Part shown: positions 40,564 to 50,480 of the stretch, piece after piece
Layout: each line of letters begins with the position of its first letter
Position numbering within the stretch: position 1 is the first letter of the stretch
Source of the DNA: Candidatus Bathyarchaeia archaeon
GTDB taxonomy: Archaea; Thermoproteota; Bathyarchaeia; 40CM-2-53-6
DNA: 64,000 bases
Direction: 5' to 3'
Assembly: GCA_050013255.1 (NCBI GenBank)
Contig: JBEKFP010000001.1
Location: 128,001-192,000 of the forward strand
Position numbers and translations under genes: made by a program
Notes under the pieces: generated by a model
The model's input: only the letters and a program-made list of their open reading frames with translations
What the model was told of the DNA's origin: nothing
Databases searched by the model: none

Positions 40564-40842
40564 CTCAGGATTCTACTCATTTCGCGGAATATGTCCCCTT
40601 AGATCGAGAAATATGAGGCCTTAACGCGTGCTTGATTACTTAGGAAGCATCATTCGAACAGTTTTATCTTTGCGGGACTCTTGTCTCAAGCTGAGTCGAT
40701 ACATGATGGGCATGTTAGCTTTCACGCTCCTAGGGCATTGGTCGCACAAGTGCTTGCAACATACTTGACCTGGCGCGACTGGTCAGTAACTTAGTTCATG
40801 AGAGAAAATCGTTTTCTGATTTTCCAAATTGAGATGGGACGA

Positions 40843-41805
40843 ATGAAGAAGATAGCCGTGGTTACAACTGGTGGTGATGCGCCTGGCATGAATGCTGCCA
40901 TCAGAGGCGTTGTCCGTATCGCCTGTTCAAAGAAGTTCCAAGTTCTGGGTTTCAGGAGAGGGTGGGAAGGCTTGATTACAAATATGTTTACCCAGTTGAC
41001 GCCTCGATCCGTAGGCGGCATTCTACAATTAGGTGGAACAATTCTGCATACATCAAGATGCCCGGAGTTCGAGAAGAAAAAAGGAATCGGGAAAGCTGCG
41101 GAAACTCTCGCATCGAATCATATTGATGGACTCGTTGTCATCGGCGGTAACGGCTCTTTCAAGGGCGCTCTTGAGCTTAGCGAATACACAGATACAATGA
41201 TAGTTGGAATTCCTGCGTCAATCGACAACGATGTCTTTGGAACAGAGGAAACCATAGGTTTTGACACGGCTGCAAACACAGCAGTCGCCGAAATCGATAA
41301 GATCCGAGACACGGCAGTTTCCGAGGAGAGAGTTTTCATGATTGAAGTGATGGGGCGAGAGAGGGGTTTTCTCGCGTTGGAGATCGGCCTCACCGTTGGC
41401 GCGGAGATAATTCTAGTTCCAGAAGTGAAATATCAAAACGAGAACCTCTTCGAGACCGTAAGAGAAAACATGGCCAAAGGAAAGAAGTCAGGCCTGATCG
41501 TGGCGGCTGAAGGAATCGGAGACACTCGTCTTCTTGCAGGACAGATCCAGCGAAACACAAAGGCAGAGGTCAGATTGAGCATCATAGGCTACGCCCAAAG
41601 AGGCGGCAATCCCACGGTGAGGAGCAGGCTCTTGGCCAGCCTATTCGCAAACAAAGCGATCCAGCTATTGTCACACAAAGACGGTAGCAGAGTAGTCGGA
41701 TTGCAAGATGGCGAGATTGGAAGTGTGCAGCTTCAGAAATCATGTAATACGAAGAAAGTGTTGGATCCAAACCTACTTAGACTGGCTAATTTACTTGCAA
41801 CATAA
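40843..41805 (+). CDS. pfkA: 6-phosphofructokinase, PfkA family (ATP-type residues)
   Basis: TTGGDAPGMNAAIR; GGTIL.TSR; GGNGS; PASIDND; IGFDTA; EVMGR; QRGG. Confidence 0.92.
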   Translation: MKKIAVVTTGGDAPGMNAAIRGVVRIACSKKFQVLGFRRGWEGLITNMFTQLTPRSVGGILQLGGTILHTSRCPEFEKKKGIGKAAETLASNHIDGLVVIGGNGSFKGALELSEYTDTMIVGIPASIDNDVFGTEETIGFDTAANTAVAEIDKIRDTAVSEERVFMIEVMGRERGFLALEIGLTVGAEIILVPEVKYQNENLFETVRENMAKGKKSGLIVAAEGIGDTRLLAGQIQRNTKAEVRLSIIGYAQRGGNPTVRSRLLASLFANKAIQLLSHKDGSRVVGLQDGEIGSVQLQKSCNTKKVLDPNLLRLANLLAT

Positions 41806-41901
41806 AAACACAACAACATCTTCGCGTGGAGGTCTTGATACAATACCGAGCAAGGTTTGGGGGATTCGTAGCCCGATCTATTCGGTTGCGGCGTCCGGTT
41901 G

Positions 41902-42693
41902 TCATGTATCGGGGAAAGGTACAACTTTGACATTCTGAATTATCCTTCTTATCAGTTTCTTCGTTTCCTTCGGGCCCGAGACTGATATGCACTTAATACC
42001 CGTGCTCTTCATGATGTAGTCGTTCCCACCTCTGAACAAAGCATCCCCGACAAACAACATACCCTTTCGTTCCACACCGAGGTGTTCTTTCAGCTTCTTT
42101 ACGCATAATGTCTTGTCAACGCCTTTTCTCGTGACGTCGATGGAGGTGGTTCCGCCAATAGATATCTCGAAGTTGGGCAGCTGCGTTCTCAGGAGCTTTC
42201 TAATCCTGAGACGCTTCTGCTGATTGGGATCCCATTTACGCTTGAATCGCAGCGGAGCCTTTTGACCCAAGGCGGAGAAAGTGAGCTGACTGCCCCTGTT
42301 CTCGAAAACTGGTCCGTAAGTCTTTGTTGGGTCAACATATTCGGTTTCCGCGAAGACTCTCCGGAATGATCCGAGTATTTTCTTGACATCCTGCGCGGAC
42401 AGGGGATTAGTGTAAGCTTGAAAGAAACGAAGTCGTTTTCTGTCATAATAGTAACCGCTGGCCGAGCAGGTCGGAAACAGGAGCAAGTTGCGTAGGTTGC
42501 TGCTCTCTGGCAGTCCACTCAGGAATTGGCTCTCAAACTGTTGAAAAGAACAGCCTGAGGTCACTGCAACGTATCTTAGCCGAAGCAGTTCGCAAATCAG
42601 CGAAGCCATTTCATGATCGAGGTCTGACTTGCTCTTGGTTAGAGTACCGTCAAGATCGAAGATGATGATTTTCTTATGCGATATGGAATTCAC
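41902..42693 (-). CDS. HAD-IIB hydrolase, eukaryote-type phosphomannomutase-like
   Basis: FDLDGTL; ENRGSQLTFSALG; IGGTTSIDV..KGVDK; FVGDALFRGGNDY. Confidence 0.85.
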   Translation of the reverse strand: MNSISHKKIIIFDLDGTLTKSKSDLDHEMASLICELLRLRYVAVTSGCSFQQFESQFLSGLPESSNLRNLLLFPTCSASGYYYDRKRLRFFQAYTNPLSAQDVKKILGSFRRVFAETEYVDPTKTYGPVFENRGSQLTFSALGQKAPLRFKRKWDPNQQKRLRIRKLLRTQLPNFEISIGGTTSIDVTRKGVDKTLCVKKLKEHLGVERKGMLFVGDALFRGGNDYIMKSTGIKCISVSGPKETKKLIRRIIQNVKVVPFPDT

Positions 42694-42713
42694 AAGCTTT
42701 GATAGGACGAATT

Positions 42714-43643
42714 CTAGCTGTAGCTTTCTAAGGCTTCTATTAGCAATTTCATTGGGACACTCGCGACACAGCAGATTCTGTCTGCTCCGCCGTAGAAGAC
42801 TTTGAGGTCATCCTTTACCACGACTGCACCTTCCGGGAAAACAACATTAGGTACCACTCCGACCCTTTCGAAGTCTTCTTCCGGTTCTAGGATGGGTTCC
42901 GGAGTTCGAGCGATCACTCGGAATGGGTTTTCAAGATCAAGGAGGGCTGCCCCTGCACGGTATACAGTGTTAGAATCCACGCCGTGATAGATGACTATCC
43001 ATCCAGCGTTGGTTCGGATCGGCGGGGGGCCAATTCCAACCTTCTTCTCTTCCCACTTCCACTTTGGTTTCATGATAGTGTTTGCTTCGATGCGTTTGAG
43101 GTAGTTCTTCGAGTATGGGTTTTGCGAAACCCTCTCCATCTGCTTGATGCTATCATAGAAAGCCAATTCGATGTTGGGTTCTATTCTGTGTACAACGGCG
43201 AATTTTCCGCGGATGAGCTGAGGAAAGAGGGCGGCGTCCTTGTCGTCGTAGTCCGGACCTACCAATCCGTAGCGTTCGTAGCTCCTAAAGTCATTTGTCG
43301 AGGCCAAGGCAATTCGTGGGCCTCGTCGCGAATACGCCGTATAGAAAACGTAGAATCCTCCATCGAAGGCTGTTATGCGCGGGTCTTCACAGCCCAGTTC
43401 TTCCCAAGTGTCAACCGGGGCGAGGGCAGGTTCCAGAGATCGGTCAACGATCGTTTCGCCGTCTGTCGTTGTTGCATGGCCAAGGGACGAGATGTTGTGT
43501 TCGTTGACCGCCCTATACAGTATGTGAATAACCTCACCGTTTTTTGCAGCTCCGGGATTGAAGGTGGCCATGATTTCCCATGCTATGTCGGCTCTTGGTT
43601 CAATGATGGGATTCTTGGGGCTTCGGACGAGCTTGACTCTCAT
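42714..43643 (-). CDS. GH130 glycoside phosphorylase/mannosidase
   Basis: FNPGA; LYRA; GCEDPRI; YTAY; KDAALFP; HRI; YHGV; VPNVVFP; YGGAD. Confidence 0.9.
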   Translation of the reverse strand: MRVKLVRSPKNPIIEPRADIAWEIMATFNPGAAKNGEVIHILYRAVNEHNISSLGHATTTDGETIVDRSLEPALAPVDTWEELGCEDPRITAFDGGFYVFYTAYSRRGPRIALASTNDFRSYERYGLVGPDYDDKDAALFPQLIRGKFAVVHRIEPNIELAFYDSIKQMERVSQNPYSKNYLKRIEANTIMKPKWKWEEKKVGIGPPPIRTNAGWIVIYHGVDSNTVYRAGAALLDLENPFRVIARTPEPILEPEEDFERVGVVPNVVFPEGAVVVKDDLKVFYGGADRICCVASVPMKLLIEALESYS

Positions 43644-43804
43644 ATCATCACTTCATTGAACAGTCGTTTTGTCTGTGTGGGTACTGGTGCGAGCAGAGCA
43701 ATTTGAACTCAACATTGTCCGACGCTGACCCAAACATTTTCTGTAAGATATGCTCTATGCAGAGCGTGAGTTTAGTGTCTTACGAGAAAGGTTCCCCTCC
43801 TGGC

Positions 43805-43867
43805 AATCATCCGGTGTTCGCGGCGTCAAGCACAGGAACTGCGGGGGTTCAAATCCCACCCCCGGCG
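43805..43867 (+). repeat. att-like repeat 3 (tRNA-Ser 3' end 43845-43867)
   Basis: AATCATCCGGTGTTCGCGGCGTCAAGCACAGGAACTGCGGGGGTTCAAATCCCACCCCCGGCG; GAGTTTAGTG motif at 43768-43777. Confidence 0.9.
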
Positions 43868-44042
43868 TCATTGGATTTTCGTAGTTGGTGCTAGAGGAGT
43901 TTGCTTCGTTCCAGGAGAAGTTCTGAGTCCGCATAGTCTAAACCGTACATTTTTCTGATCACCAGAAATCGCTTCAGTCTCCACGCTAGCGGCACGGGAA
44001 ACAAGAAAAGAACAAGGGTTGTCGAGTAGAGAAGTCTACGGA

Positions 44043-44225
44043 TTACATCGACTTGTCTACTATCTCTGCGGAGGCGGCGTTTGTCTTAACGGATTGAATT
44101 CCGTTCATGCATGCTTCCTTCGATTCGTAAGCCTCGCTTGACGCAATTACTTCACCGTTTGCAGCTACCAGATTGAATCTGAATTTTCCCGCCTTGTCTT
44201 TCTTGATCTCAAACTTTCCTGCCAT
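44043..44225 (-). CDS. YegP/DUF1508 family protein
   Basis: KFEIKKDKAGKFRFNLVAANGEVIASSEAY..K..C.NGI.SVK.NA; GGAGGTGAGGTG SD. Confidence 0.92.
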   Translation of the reverse strand: MAGKFEIKKDKAGKFRFNLVAANGEVIASSEAYESKEACMNGIQSVKTNAASAEIVDKSM

Positions 44226-44288
44226 AACACCTCACCTCCAAACGCGATCATCATCTTGTTTGTTCTGGTTGTTGCGGTCCTATTTCTA

Positions 44289-44531
44289 CTAACCCATCAG
44301 CGATTTCATGTTACTCTGGGCAATAAGACCTCCTGAAGCTCCACCCGGCGTTGCTGCTTGGAGTGGATTTCCGCCCATCATAGCTCGCATCGCAGCTTGC
44401 ATAGCAGCGGATTACGTGTCTGAACCCGACGCCTTAGCGCGCATGAATCCCATCGCACTTAGCTTATCGAAAACCATGAGAATCAAACCAAGAGCGCCAA
44501 TTAGAAGCAAGTATCTCCAAAGTAAATTCAA
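44289..44531 (-). pseudogene. Small membrane-anchored ORF interrupted by an in-frame TAA (44412-44414)
   Basis: MNLLWRYLLLIGALGLILMVFDKLSAMGFMRAKASGSDT*SAAMQAAMRAMMGGNPLQAATPGG... Confidence 0.35.
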
Positions 44532-44664
44532 TGGCCCGCAAACAACTCCTAGAAATCTAAGGACTTGTCGCGACTCCCGTTGCCCTCAGGAACTTCGTAA
44601 AGTTGAGGTTTGGGCGCAAGATTCGGAGTCAAACTACTTATTTTGTTGCGAACAAAATTCCCAC

Positions 44665-45795
44665 ATGTTTACCATCGATCCGAGCAGCACCGAGTTGCAA
44701 AGAAAGAAGGGAGAGTCTACGAAGAATTTGCGGACAGAGGATGAAAAATGGAACGCGGTGCTAGCTAGAGATGGGAAGTTTGATGGTGCGTTTGTGTTTG
44801 CCGTGCGGTCAACGGGAATCTATTGTAAGCCATCGTGTGCTGCTAGACGCCCCCGCAGAGAGCAAGTAGTCTTCTTTGCTGGGCCCGATAGGGCTGAACT
44901 TTCTGGTTTTCGACCATGCCTACGTTGTCAACCTCGGGATGTTGGACCCTCACCTAAAACGGAATTGATTGCGCGCGTCTGCAAATACATTGAATCCAAC
45001 CTGGACAGAAAACTCAGTCTTTCAAACCTTAGCGCTCAAGCAGGAATTAGTCCATATCATCTTCAAAGAACCTTCAAGCGAATCGTCGGTATCTCCCCAC
45101 GCGAGTATGTCAAAGCCCGTAGATTATCAAAGATGAAAAGTTCGCTAAGGAATGGGCAAACGGTAGCGAAGGCACTCTACGGAGCTGGATTCAGCTCAAG
45201 AAGCCGAATCTATGAAAAGGCCCCCACTCAATTTGGCGTGAATCCGGGAACGCTTCGCCGAGGCGGACTTGGACTCAGAATTGAATACGCAATAGTGGAT
45301 TGCCCTCTAGGTCGTTTACTCGTGGGGACCACGGAGCGTGGGATATGTGCTGTTTGCATGGGCGATTCGGATGCAGTGGTTGAGGCCGCGCTCACCAACG
45401 ACTACCCTTCAGCAGATATCCACAGAAACGATGAGGCAATGCGGGGCTGGGTTGGTGCACTTACAAAATATTTCAGTAGTGAAGAATTCGATCTCAACCT
45501 GCCTCTAGACGTTCGGGCCACCGCATTTCAATGGAAGGTCTGGAAGGAAATTCAATCTGTCCCATATGGCAAAACCACGACCTACAGCAAGATTGCAAAC
45601 GCCTTGGGCGAACCTGACTCAGCCCGTGCTGTGGCTAGGGCATGCGCGACGAACCCAGTGTCGCTTGTGATCCCATGCCACCGAGTCATTGGTGAAGATG
45701 GTGAGCTGCATGGATATCGCTGGGGCAAGAAGAGAAAACACGCTCTACTTGCCCTCGAACAGAGAGCTCACCGCGAAGCTGTCAAAGTTGTCTAG
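44665..45795 (+). CDS. ada: Bifunctional Ada regulator / O6-methylguanine-DNA methyltransferase
   Basis: TGIYCKPSC...GFRPCLRC (Ada Zn); AraC HTH; IPCHRV; start 44665 or 44728, not 44308. Confidence 0.92.
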   Translation: MFTIDPSSTELQRKKGESTKNLRTEDEKWNAVLARDGKFDGAFVFAVRSTGIYCKPSCAARRPRREQVVFFAGPDRAELSGFRPCLRCQPRDVGPSPKTELIARVCKYIESNLDRKLSLSNLSAQAGISPYHLQRTFKRIVGISPREYVKARRLSKMKSSLRNGQTVAKALYGAGFSSRSRIYEKAPTQFGVNPGTLRRGGLGLRIEYAIVDCPLGRLLVGTTERGICAVCMGDSDAVVEAALTNDYPSADIHRNDEAMRGWVGALTKYFSSEEFDLNLPLDVRATAFQWKVWKEIQSVPYGKTTTYSKIANALGEPDSARAVARACATNPVSLVIPCHRVIGEDGELHGYRWGKKRKHALLALEQRAHREAVKVV

Positions 45796-45806
45796 CGCAG
45801 GCATTT

Positions 45807-46739
45807 GTGGCTTTCATGAAAACGAAATTCCCTACTAAGGTGACACTGCAGAATCTAACCACAGCCAATGGCGGAGCACGGATTTTCAATTACAGCCTTG
45901 TAATAACTCTCAGCGTAATCTGGGGGTTGGCTTTTGTCGCAATTAGAAGAGCGGAGTTCGAGCTAAGCCCGGCCAACTTGACCATACTCAGATGGTTGAT
46001 CGCGTCTGGGGGCTTCTTGGTCTTGGCTCCCCTTTTTGGTAGGCCCAAGAAACCCATTAAGAGACGGCACATTCCGAGGATACTTTTGGTTTCATTTGCG
46101 AGTGTAGTCGGATACCATTTTTCGCTGAACTACGCTGAGACCATTGTGTCGTCCGGCCTTGCAGGACTTCTAATTTCCTTTGGCCCCATATTCGTCGTAT
46201 TGCTTTCGGCTCTCTTCTTGAAGGAGAAGATTGGAAGCAGGTTGATGCTCGCGTTGGCGTTAGCAGTAGCTGGCGCGGTGGTACTCTCGATTAATACGGA
46301 TCTAAGCTTTCTACAGATTACGGGCCCGTTCGCGGTCGTATTAGCGGCATTCATGTACAGCATATTCTCGGTGGGTTCCAAGCCGCTTGTGAAGGAGTAC
46401 GGTGCTTTGCCCACTGCAATATGGGTTGCAGCAATCGGTACGGTTTTCACTTTGCCCTTGGTATCTTGGAGCTTCCTCGCTCAGGTTTTCACTCTCTCAG
46501 TTGTTGGATGGCTCTCTGTGCTCTATCTCGCGGTTCTGAGCACAGTGGTTGCCAACATGATACTCTACACGCTCATCAGCAATCGTGCTGTCTCTAGACT
46601 TTCAGTGCAACTCTACTTGGTTCCCTTGGTAAGCCTAACAGGCGGAGTATTATTGCTCGGTGAGAACTTCTCCGCCTTCACAGTCTTAGGGGCATGTTTT
46701 CTGTTCGCAGGAACAGCACTCGCCACGCATAAACACTGA
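45807..46739 (+). CDS. EamA/DMT family transporter
   Basis: IWGLAFVAI; LKEKI; ~10 TM in two repeats. Confidence 0.9.
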   Translation: MAFMKTKFPTKVTLQNLTTANGGARIFNYSLVITLSVIWGLAFVAIRRAEFELSPANLTILRWLIASGGFLVLAPLFGRPKKPIKRRHIPRILLVSFASVVGYHFSLNYAETIVSSGLAGLLISFGPIFVVLLSALFLKEKIGSRLMLALALAVAGAVVLSINTDLSFLQITGPFAVVLAAFMYSIFSVGSKPLVKEYGALPTAIWVAAIGTVFTLPLVSWSFLAQVFTLSVVGWLSVLYLAVLSTVVANMILYTLISNRAVSRLSVQLYLVPLVSLTGGVLLLGENFSAFTVLGACFLFAGTALATHKH

Positions 46740-46827
46740 ATCATCCCACATGGGTTACTATTGAGGCTGATGCCTTCGCTGGCGCCATCAGGGATTACAT
46801 AGAGAAACGACCCGACAGTTGCCAAGC

Positions 46828-47046
46828 CTAACCAAAGATCAACAAGACGGTTCCTACCACGTAATAGAATACGAGGACTGAGCTGAACCCTATCTTGACG
46901 CCCCTATGCCTTGCTGGTAACTCCCTTCCGAAGAAGTCGAAGACCCCCTCTCCCTTGGTTAATGCGTACCAGTAGACTTTGGTATCGTATGCACCGAAAA
47001 CCAATAGTGACACGCCCACAAGTTTCAAGAAAATGCTCGGCAGCAC
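46828..47046 (-). CDS. Small membrane protein
   Basis: Two hydrophobic segments, 72 aa. Confidence 0.5.
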   Translation of the reverse strand: MLPSIFLKLVGVSLLVFGAYDTKVYWYALTKGEGVFDFFGRELPARHRGVKIGFSSVLVFYYVVGTVLLIFG

Positions 47047-47178
47047 TAAACTTCATTCCTGCAACGTCGGGAAAGAAGAGAGAAGAGAACGCCTGCACAA
47101 TCACGGCACACAGTTTGCACTGAATCCGTGCTATGCTTCCGCCCGCACCGGGTGCACTCCAAGTGGGACAGGAACATG

Positions 47179-48153
47179 CTAGAAGTAGTGGTGAAGGACC
47201 TCATTTACATTGGCTTCATAGTCCCCGAAGGGCGACGGCGAAACGAAAACATCATCCACACCATTCTCGTGATATTCCTTCACCCTTTCTCTTAGTTCAC
47301 GGACGGTGCCAAGAACCGCTAGCTTGTCAATCATCTGACGGCTCACGCTTCGTTTAACAGCGTCTCGATCTTTCGCTTTCCAAGCAGCCATCATTGCATT
47401 TGCCTCGGTAACGAACCCTAGGCTTGAGAAGAGCGCAGAGTAGGCCGGTGCGCTAGCATAGAAACTAATCAAATCCTTAGCAGCCTCCAAGCCTTTGCTG
47501 TCGTCCCCTAGAACGTAGGAGTAGAGCATCACTGACAATGTCGGACACTCTTTTCCACCCACCTCTCGGCATCCTTCATTCATGAGTGAAAGCGCGTGTT
47601 TGATTCGGTCTGTTGGGTATAGATTCAATATCACCCTGTCTGCGAGCTTGGCCGCCCTCTTGATCATCTGGTCATTCAAGGCGGCTAGGGCGACCTTGGG
47701 CGGTGGCCTAGTTCTCAATCTCGCGTTAACGGGTGAGTAATATGGGCCCTGGTGACTGAATTTTTCCCCGGAGAAATATTGGTCAACTAGTTTTACGGTT
47801 TCCTCCAGCCTCTGCATTGGGTTCCTGAAGCGTTGGCCGTGCCAGTTCTCCACGATTGCCGCTGTGCTCACACCCAGACCGAGTGTGAACCTTCCTCCGC
47901 TGAACTCATTTAGAGTGGTCCCGAAGAGAGCCAACTGACTCGCCGACCTAGTGAAAACGTTCACAATGGATGTCCCAAGCGGGATCTTTTTGGTTGAACA
48001 TGCCGCAATCGTGGCGAGCACTGAGGCATCGCGCAAGGTTGTCTCACCAAACCATATCCCGCCGAAGCCCTTCCCTTCAGCTTCTCTACTAATCTCGGGT
48101 ATCCGCAAGGACGAAAGTTCTCCGTTGCCGCTTAACATAATACTCGTTGACAA
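47179..48153 (-). CDS. LLM-class oxidoreductase
   Basis: AEGKGFGGIWFGE; LGTSIVNVFTRS; GGRFTLGLG. Confidence 0.88.
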   Translation of the reverse strand: MSTSIMLSGNGELSSLRIPEISREAEGKGFGGIWFGETTLRDASVLATIAACSTKKIPLGTSIVNVFTRSASQLALFGTTLNEFSGGRFTLGLGVSTAAIVENWHGQRFRNPMQRLEETVKLVDQYFSGEKFSHQGPYYSPVNARLRTRPPPKVALAALNDQMIKRAAKLADRVILNLYPTDRIKHALSLMNEGCREVGGKECPTLSVMLYSYVLGDDSKGLEAAKDLISFYASAPAYSALFSSLGFVTEANAMMAAWKAKDRDAVKRSVSRQMIDKLAVLGTVRELRERVKEYHENGVDDVFVSPSPFGDYEANVNEVLHHYF

Positions 48154-48234
48154 TGCAATTTGCCCTGCTATCCGAGTCTGGTTAAAAGGCTAATGAAATA
48201 GGTGAGTTAAGAAAGCATCTGGGTCTGAAGATAG

Positions 48235-49857
48235 TTGCACGAGGTCGAAATCAATAACCTGTCATTCACCTACGAGAATCGTACTGACCCAGCCCTAGAC
48301 AAAGTCGACCTCGCAATTGATAATCACGACTTTGTTCTCCTTGCAGGCGCCAGTGGCTCTGGGAAATCCACCCTGCTAAAGTGCATCAATGGTCTGATTC
48401 CCCACAGGTACCTCGGCCAATACTCGGGCGAAGTGAAAGTAAGAGACCAGCCCGTACCGAAATCCCCCTTCCTCAAACTTTCCTTGACGGTGGGTACGGT
48501 ATTGCAAGAGGCCGACAAGCAACTCGTATCATCAATTGTCGAAGATGACGTGGCTTTTGGGCCTGGGAATTTGGCGCTACCAAGGGTGGAGGTTGAGCGC
48601 CGCGTTATGCACAGCCTCGAATCGATGGACATTCTTCAGCTACAGAGAAGGTCTATCTTTGAAATCTCAGGCGGCCAGAAGCAAAGGCTAGCTATCGCTG
48701 ATGTTCTGGCAATGGAGCCAGATATTTTGTTGTTCGACGAGCCATTGGCCAACCTCGATTCGAATGGCGTTAAGCTCATGCAAGGCATCTTCCGAGATTT
48801 TCACAACTCGGGCAAAACCATAATCGTAGCTGAACATCGAACAGAAGAAGTTCTACGCGCCAACCCAACTCGGATTGTGGTAATCAACAAAGGCCGCGTT
48901 GTGGCCGACAAGAAAGACCCCGAAGCCCTAATCGAATTCGGCGACGTCATCAAGATTCCTGCTGAGTATGTTCTGCGTGGAAATCTTAAGACCGAGAACG
49001 AACTCGCAGCCCCCACGACGGAAGCCACTCCCCCAAAGAATCAACAGTTAGGCCAGGAGCTGGTTCGAGTTGAGAACCTCAACTTCGAGTATCCCGGGGG
49101 AATTCTGGCGCTTAAGGACCTAAACCTGACCATTCGCGAGGGCGAAAGAATAGCACTGCTTGGTAACAACGGCGCGGGAAAGTCGACACTTGCCCTAAGC
49201 CTTGTTGGGTTACTGAAACCAACATCAGGCCGGGTTCTCGTAATGGGTCAAGATACACGCAACCAAACGACTGCCGAGATCGCACGTGCAATATGCCTCG
49301 TCTTTCAAAGCCCCTTCTCGATGCTCTTCGCAAAAACCGTCCGCGATGAACTCAGTTTTGGCCCAAAGAACATAGGCGTTCCACCCGATGCAATTTCAAA
49401 GATCGTCCCTGAAACTGCAAAACAATGCTCGATAAGCCACTTGCTTGAAAACTCTCCATTCGCCTCGAGTTTCGGGGAAAAGAAGCGAATCTGCGTAGGT
49501 TCTGTACTAACCATGGAGCCGAAGTGCATTATATTAGACGAACCAACCGCAGGTCAAGATTTCAAGAGTTATTCCAATTTCATGAACTTTATCTGCTCGC
49601 TAAGCGAGCGGGTCAAGTCCTTCGTAGTAATCACTCATGACCCGGACCTGGCGATTGAGTATACGGACCGTTCGATTGTCCTGAACGCTGGCTGCGTCAT
49701 AGCAGACGGGCCAACTCACAATATTCTAGCTGACCCGTCCATCCTCGCGGCAGGGGCTATTCGGGAAACTTCCTTAATCGAAATCTCCCGCAAAATCACG
49801 GGCGGCAAATCGGTGTTGACTTTGGCCGAGCTCGCACAGGCCGCTCGGAAGAGCTAG
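48235..49857 (+). CDS. ECF transporter fused A-A' ATPase
   Basis: GASGSGKS/SGGQKQR/DEP and GNNGAGKS/SFGEKKR/DEPT. Confidence 0.92.
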   Translation: MHEVEINNLSFTYENRTDPALDKVDLAIDNHDFVLLAGASGSGKSTLLKCINGLIPHRYLGQYSGEVKVRDQPVPKSPFLKLSLTVGTVLQEADKQLVSSIVEDDVAFGPGNLALPRVEVERRVMHSLESMDILQLQRRSIFEISGGQKQRLAIADVLAMEPDILLFDEPLANLDSNGVKLMQGIFRDFHNSGKTIIVAEHRTEEVLRANPTRIVVINKGRVVADKKDPEALIEFGDVIKIPAEYVLRGNLKTENELAAPTTEATPPKNQQLGQELVRVENLNFEYPGGILALKDLNLTIREGERIALLGNNGAGKSTLALSLVGLLKPTSGRVLVMGQDTRNQTTAEIARAICLVFQSPFSMLFAKTVRDELSFGPKNIGVPPDAISKIVPETAKQCSISHLLENSPFASSFGEKKRICVGSVLTMEPKCIILDEPTAGQDFKSYSNFMNFICSLSERVKSFVVITHDPDLAIEYTDRSIVLNAGCVIADGPTHNILADPSILAAGAIRETSLIEISRKITGGKSVLTLAELAQAARKS

Positions 49858-49900
49858 CTCTTAAATAGATAGAGCACAGAATCGTCGCCTGTGAAGAAAA

Positions 49901-50470
49901 TTGGGTATGAAAGAAATGAAAGAATCGATGTTCTCAGCTAAACAAATCGTCGCGATGGCAGTTGGCACAGCGCTCTACGCAGCACTAACAATTCCCTTCA
50001 ACACGCTGCAAATTCCGGGTGTTGGCTTGGTGGCCATTAGGCCCACAGTTGCAATTCCAATGCTCTTCGGGTTTGTCTTCGGACCCTTAGCAGGGTTCGT
50101 TTCAGGATTTCTTGGCAACATACTGTCCGACGCAGTCTCCTTCGGTGGATTCTTCTGGAACTGGGACATCGGCAACGGCTTACTCGGCGCTATCCCTGGA
50201 ATCGGGTACTTCATAGTCAAACGCACTAACTGGACCAAGGCACGAGCTCTAGCCAGCGCCTCAGTGCTCGCAATTATCGGAGCGGTAGTAGGAATCGCAT
50301 TTGCTGCGATGACAGATTTCGCCTTTCAAATTGGCCTTAGCACAATGGACGCTGCGCTCACCGAATTCTACACTGCTGCTGCAACCGACGCAGTGAACGG
50401 AGCCATCCTGACGCCGATTCTCCTGTACGCCTACGCAACGGCTACAGCTGGGCGTGCGCGACGGGTCTAG
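49901..50470 (+). CDS. ECF transporter S component
   Basis: AVGTALYAAL; FGPLAGFVSGFLGNILSD. Confidence 0.88.
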   Translation: MGMKEMKESMFSAKQIVAMAVGTALYAALTIPFNTLQIPGVGLVAIRPTVAIPMLFGFVFGPLAGFVSGFLGNILSDAVSFGGFFWNWDIGNGLLGAIPGIGYFIVKRTNWTKARALASASVLAIIGAVVGIAFAAMTDFAFQIGLSTMDAALTEFYTAAATDAVNGAILTPILLYAYATATAGRARRV

Positions 50471-50480
50471 CAGAAACTAA

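Larger units (their letters stand above)
37416..43867. mobile_element. Tandem integrated-element remnants/cassettes at tRNA-Ser(GCT)
   Basis: Three downstream copies of the tRNA 3' end delimit segments of ~2.4, ~0.4 and ~3.7 kb; no integrase gene seen in the window. Confidence 0.7.

Noticed and set aside
42984-43706. 240-aa plus-strand ORF
   Set aside because: Antisense shadow of the GH130 gene.
39737-43867. Additional functional tRNA genes at the three GGTTCAAATCCC sites
   Set aside because: No D-arm or anticodon arm can be folded; these are partial copies.
44308-44664. Long N-terminal extension of Ada
   Set aside because: Not protein-like; the Ada domain begins near 44728. Similar over-extensions were trimmed for the AKR, TldD, TatD, transposase and rps17e ORFs.
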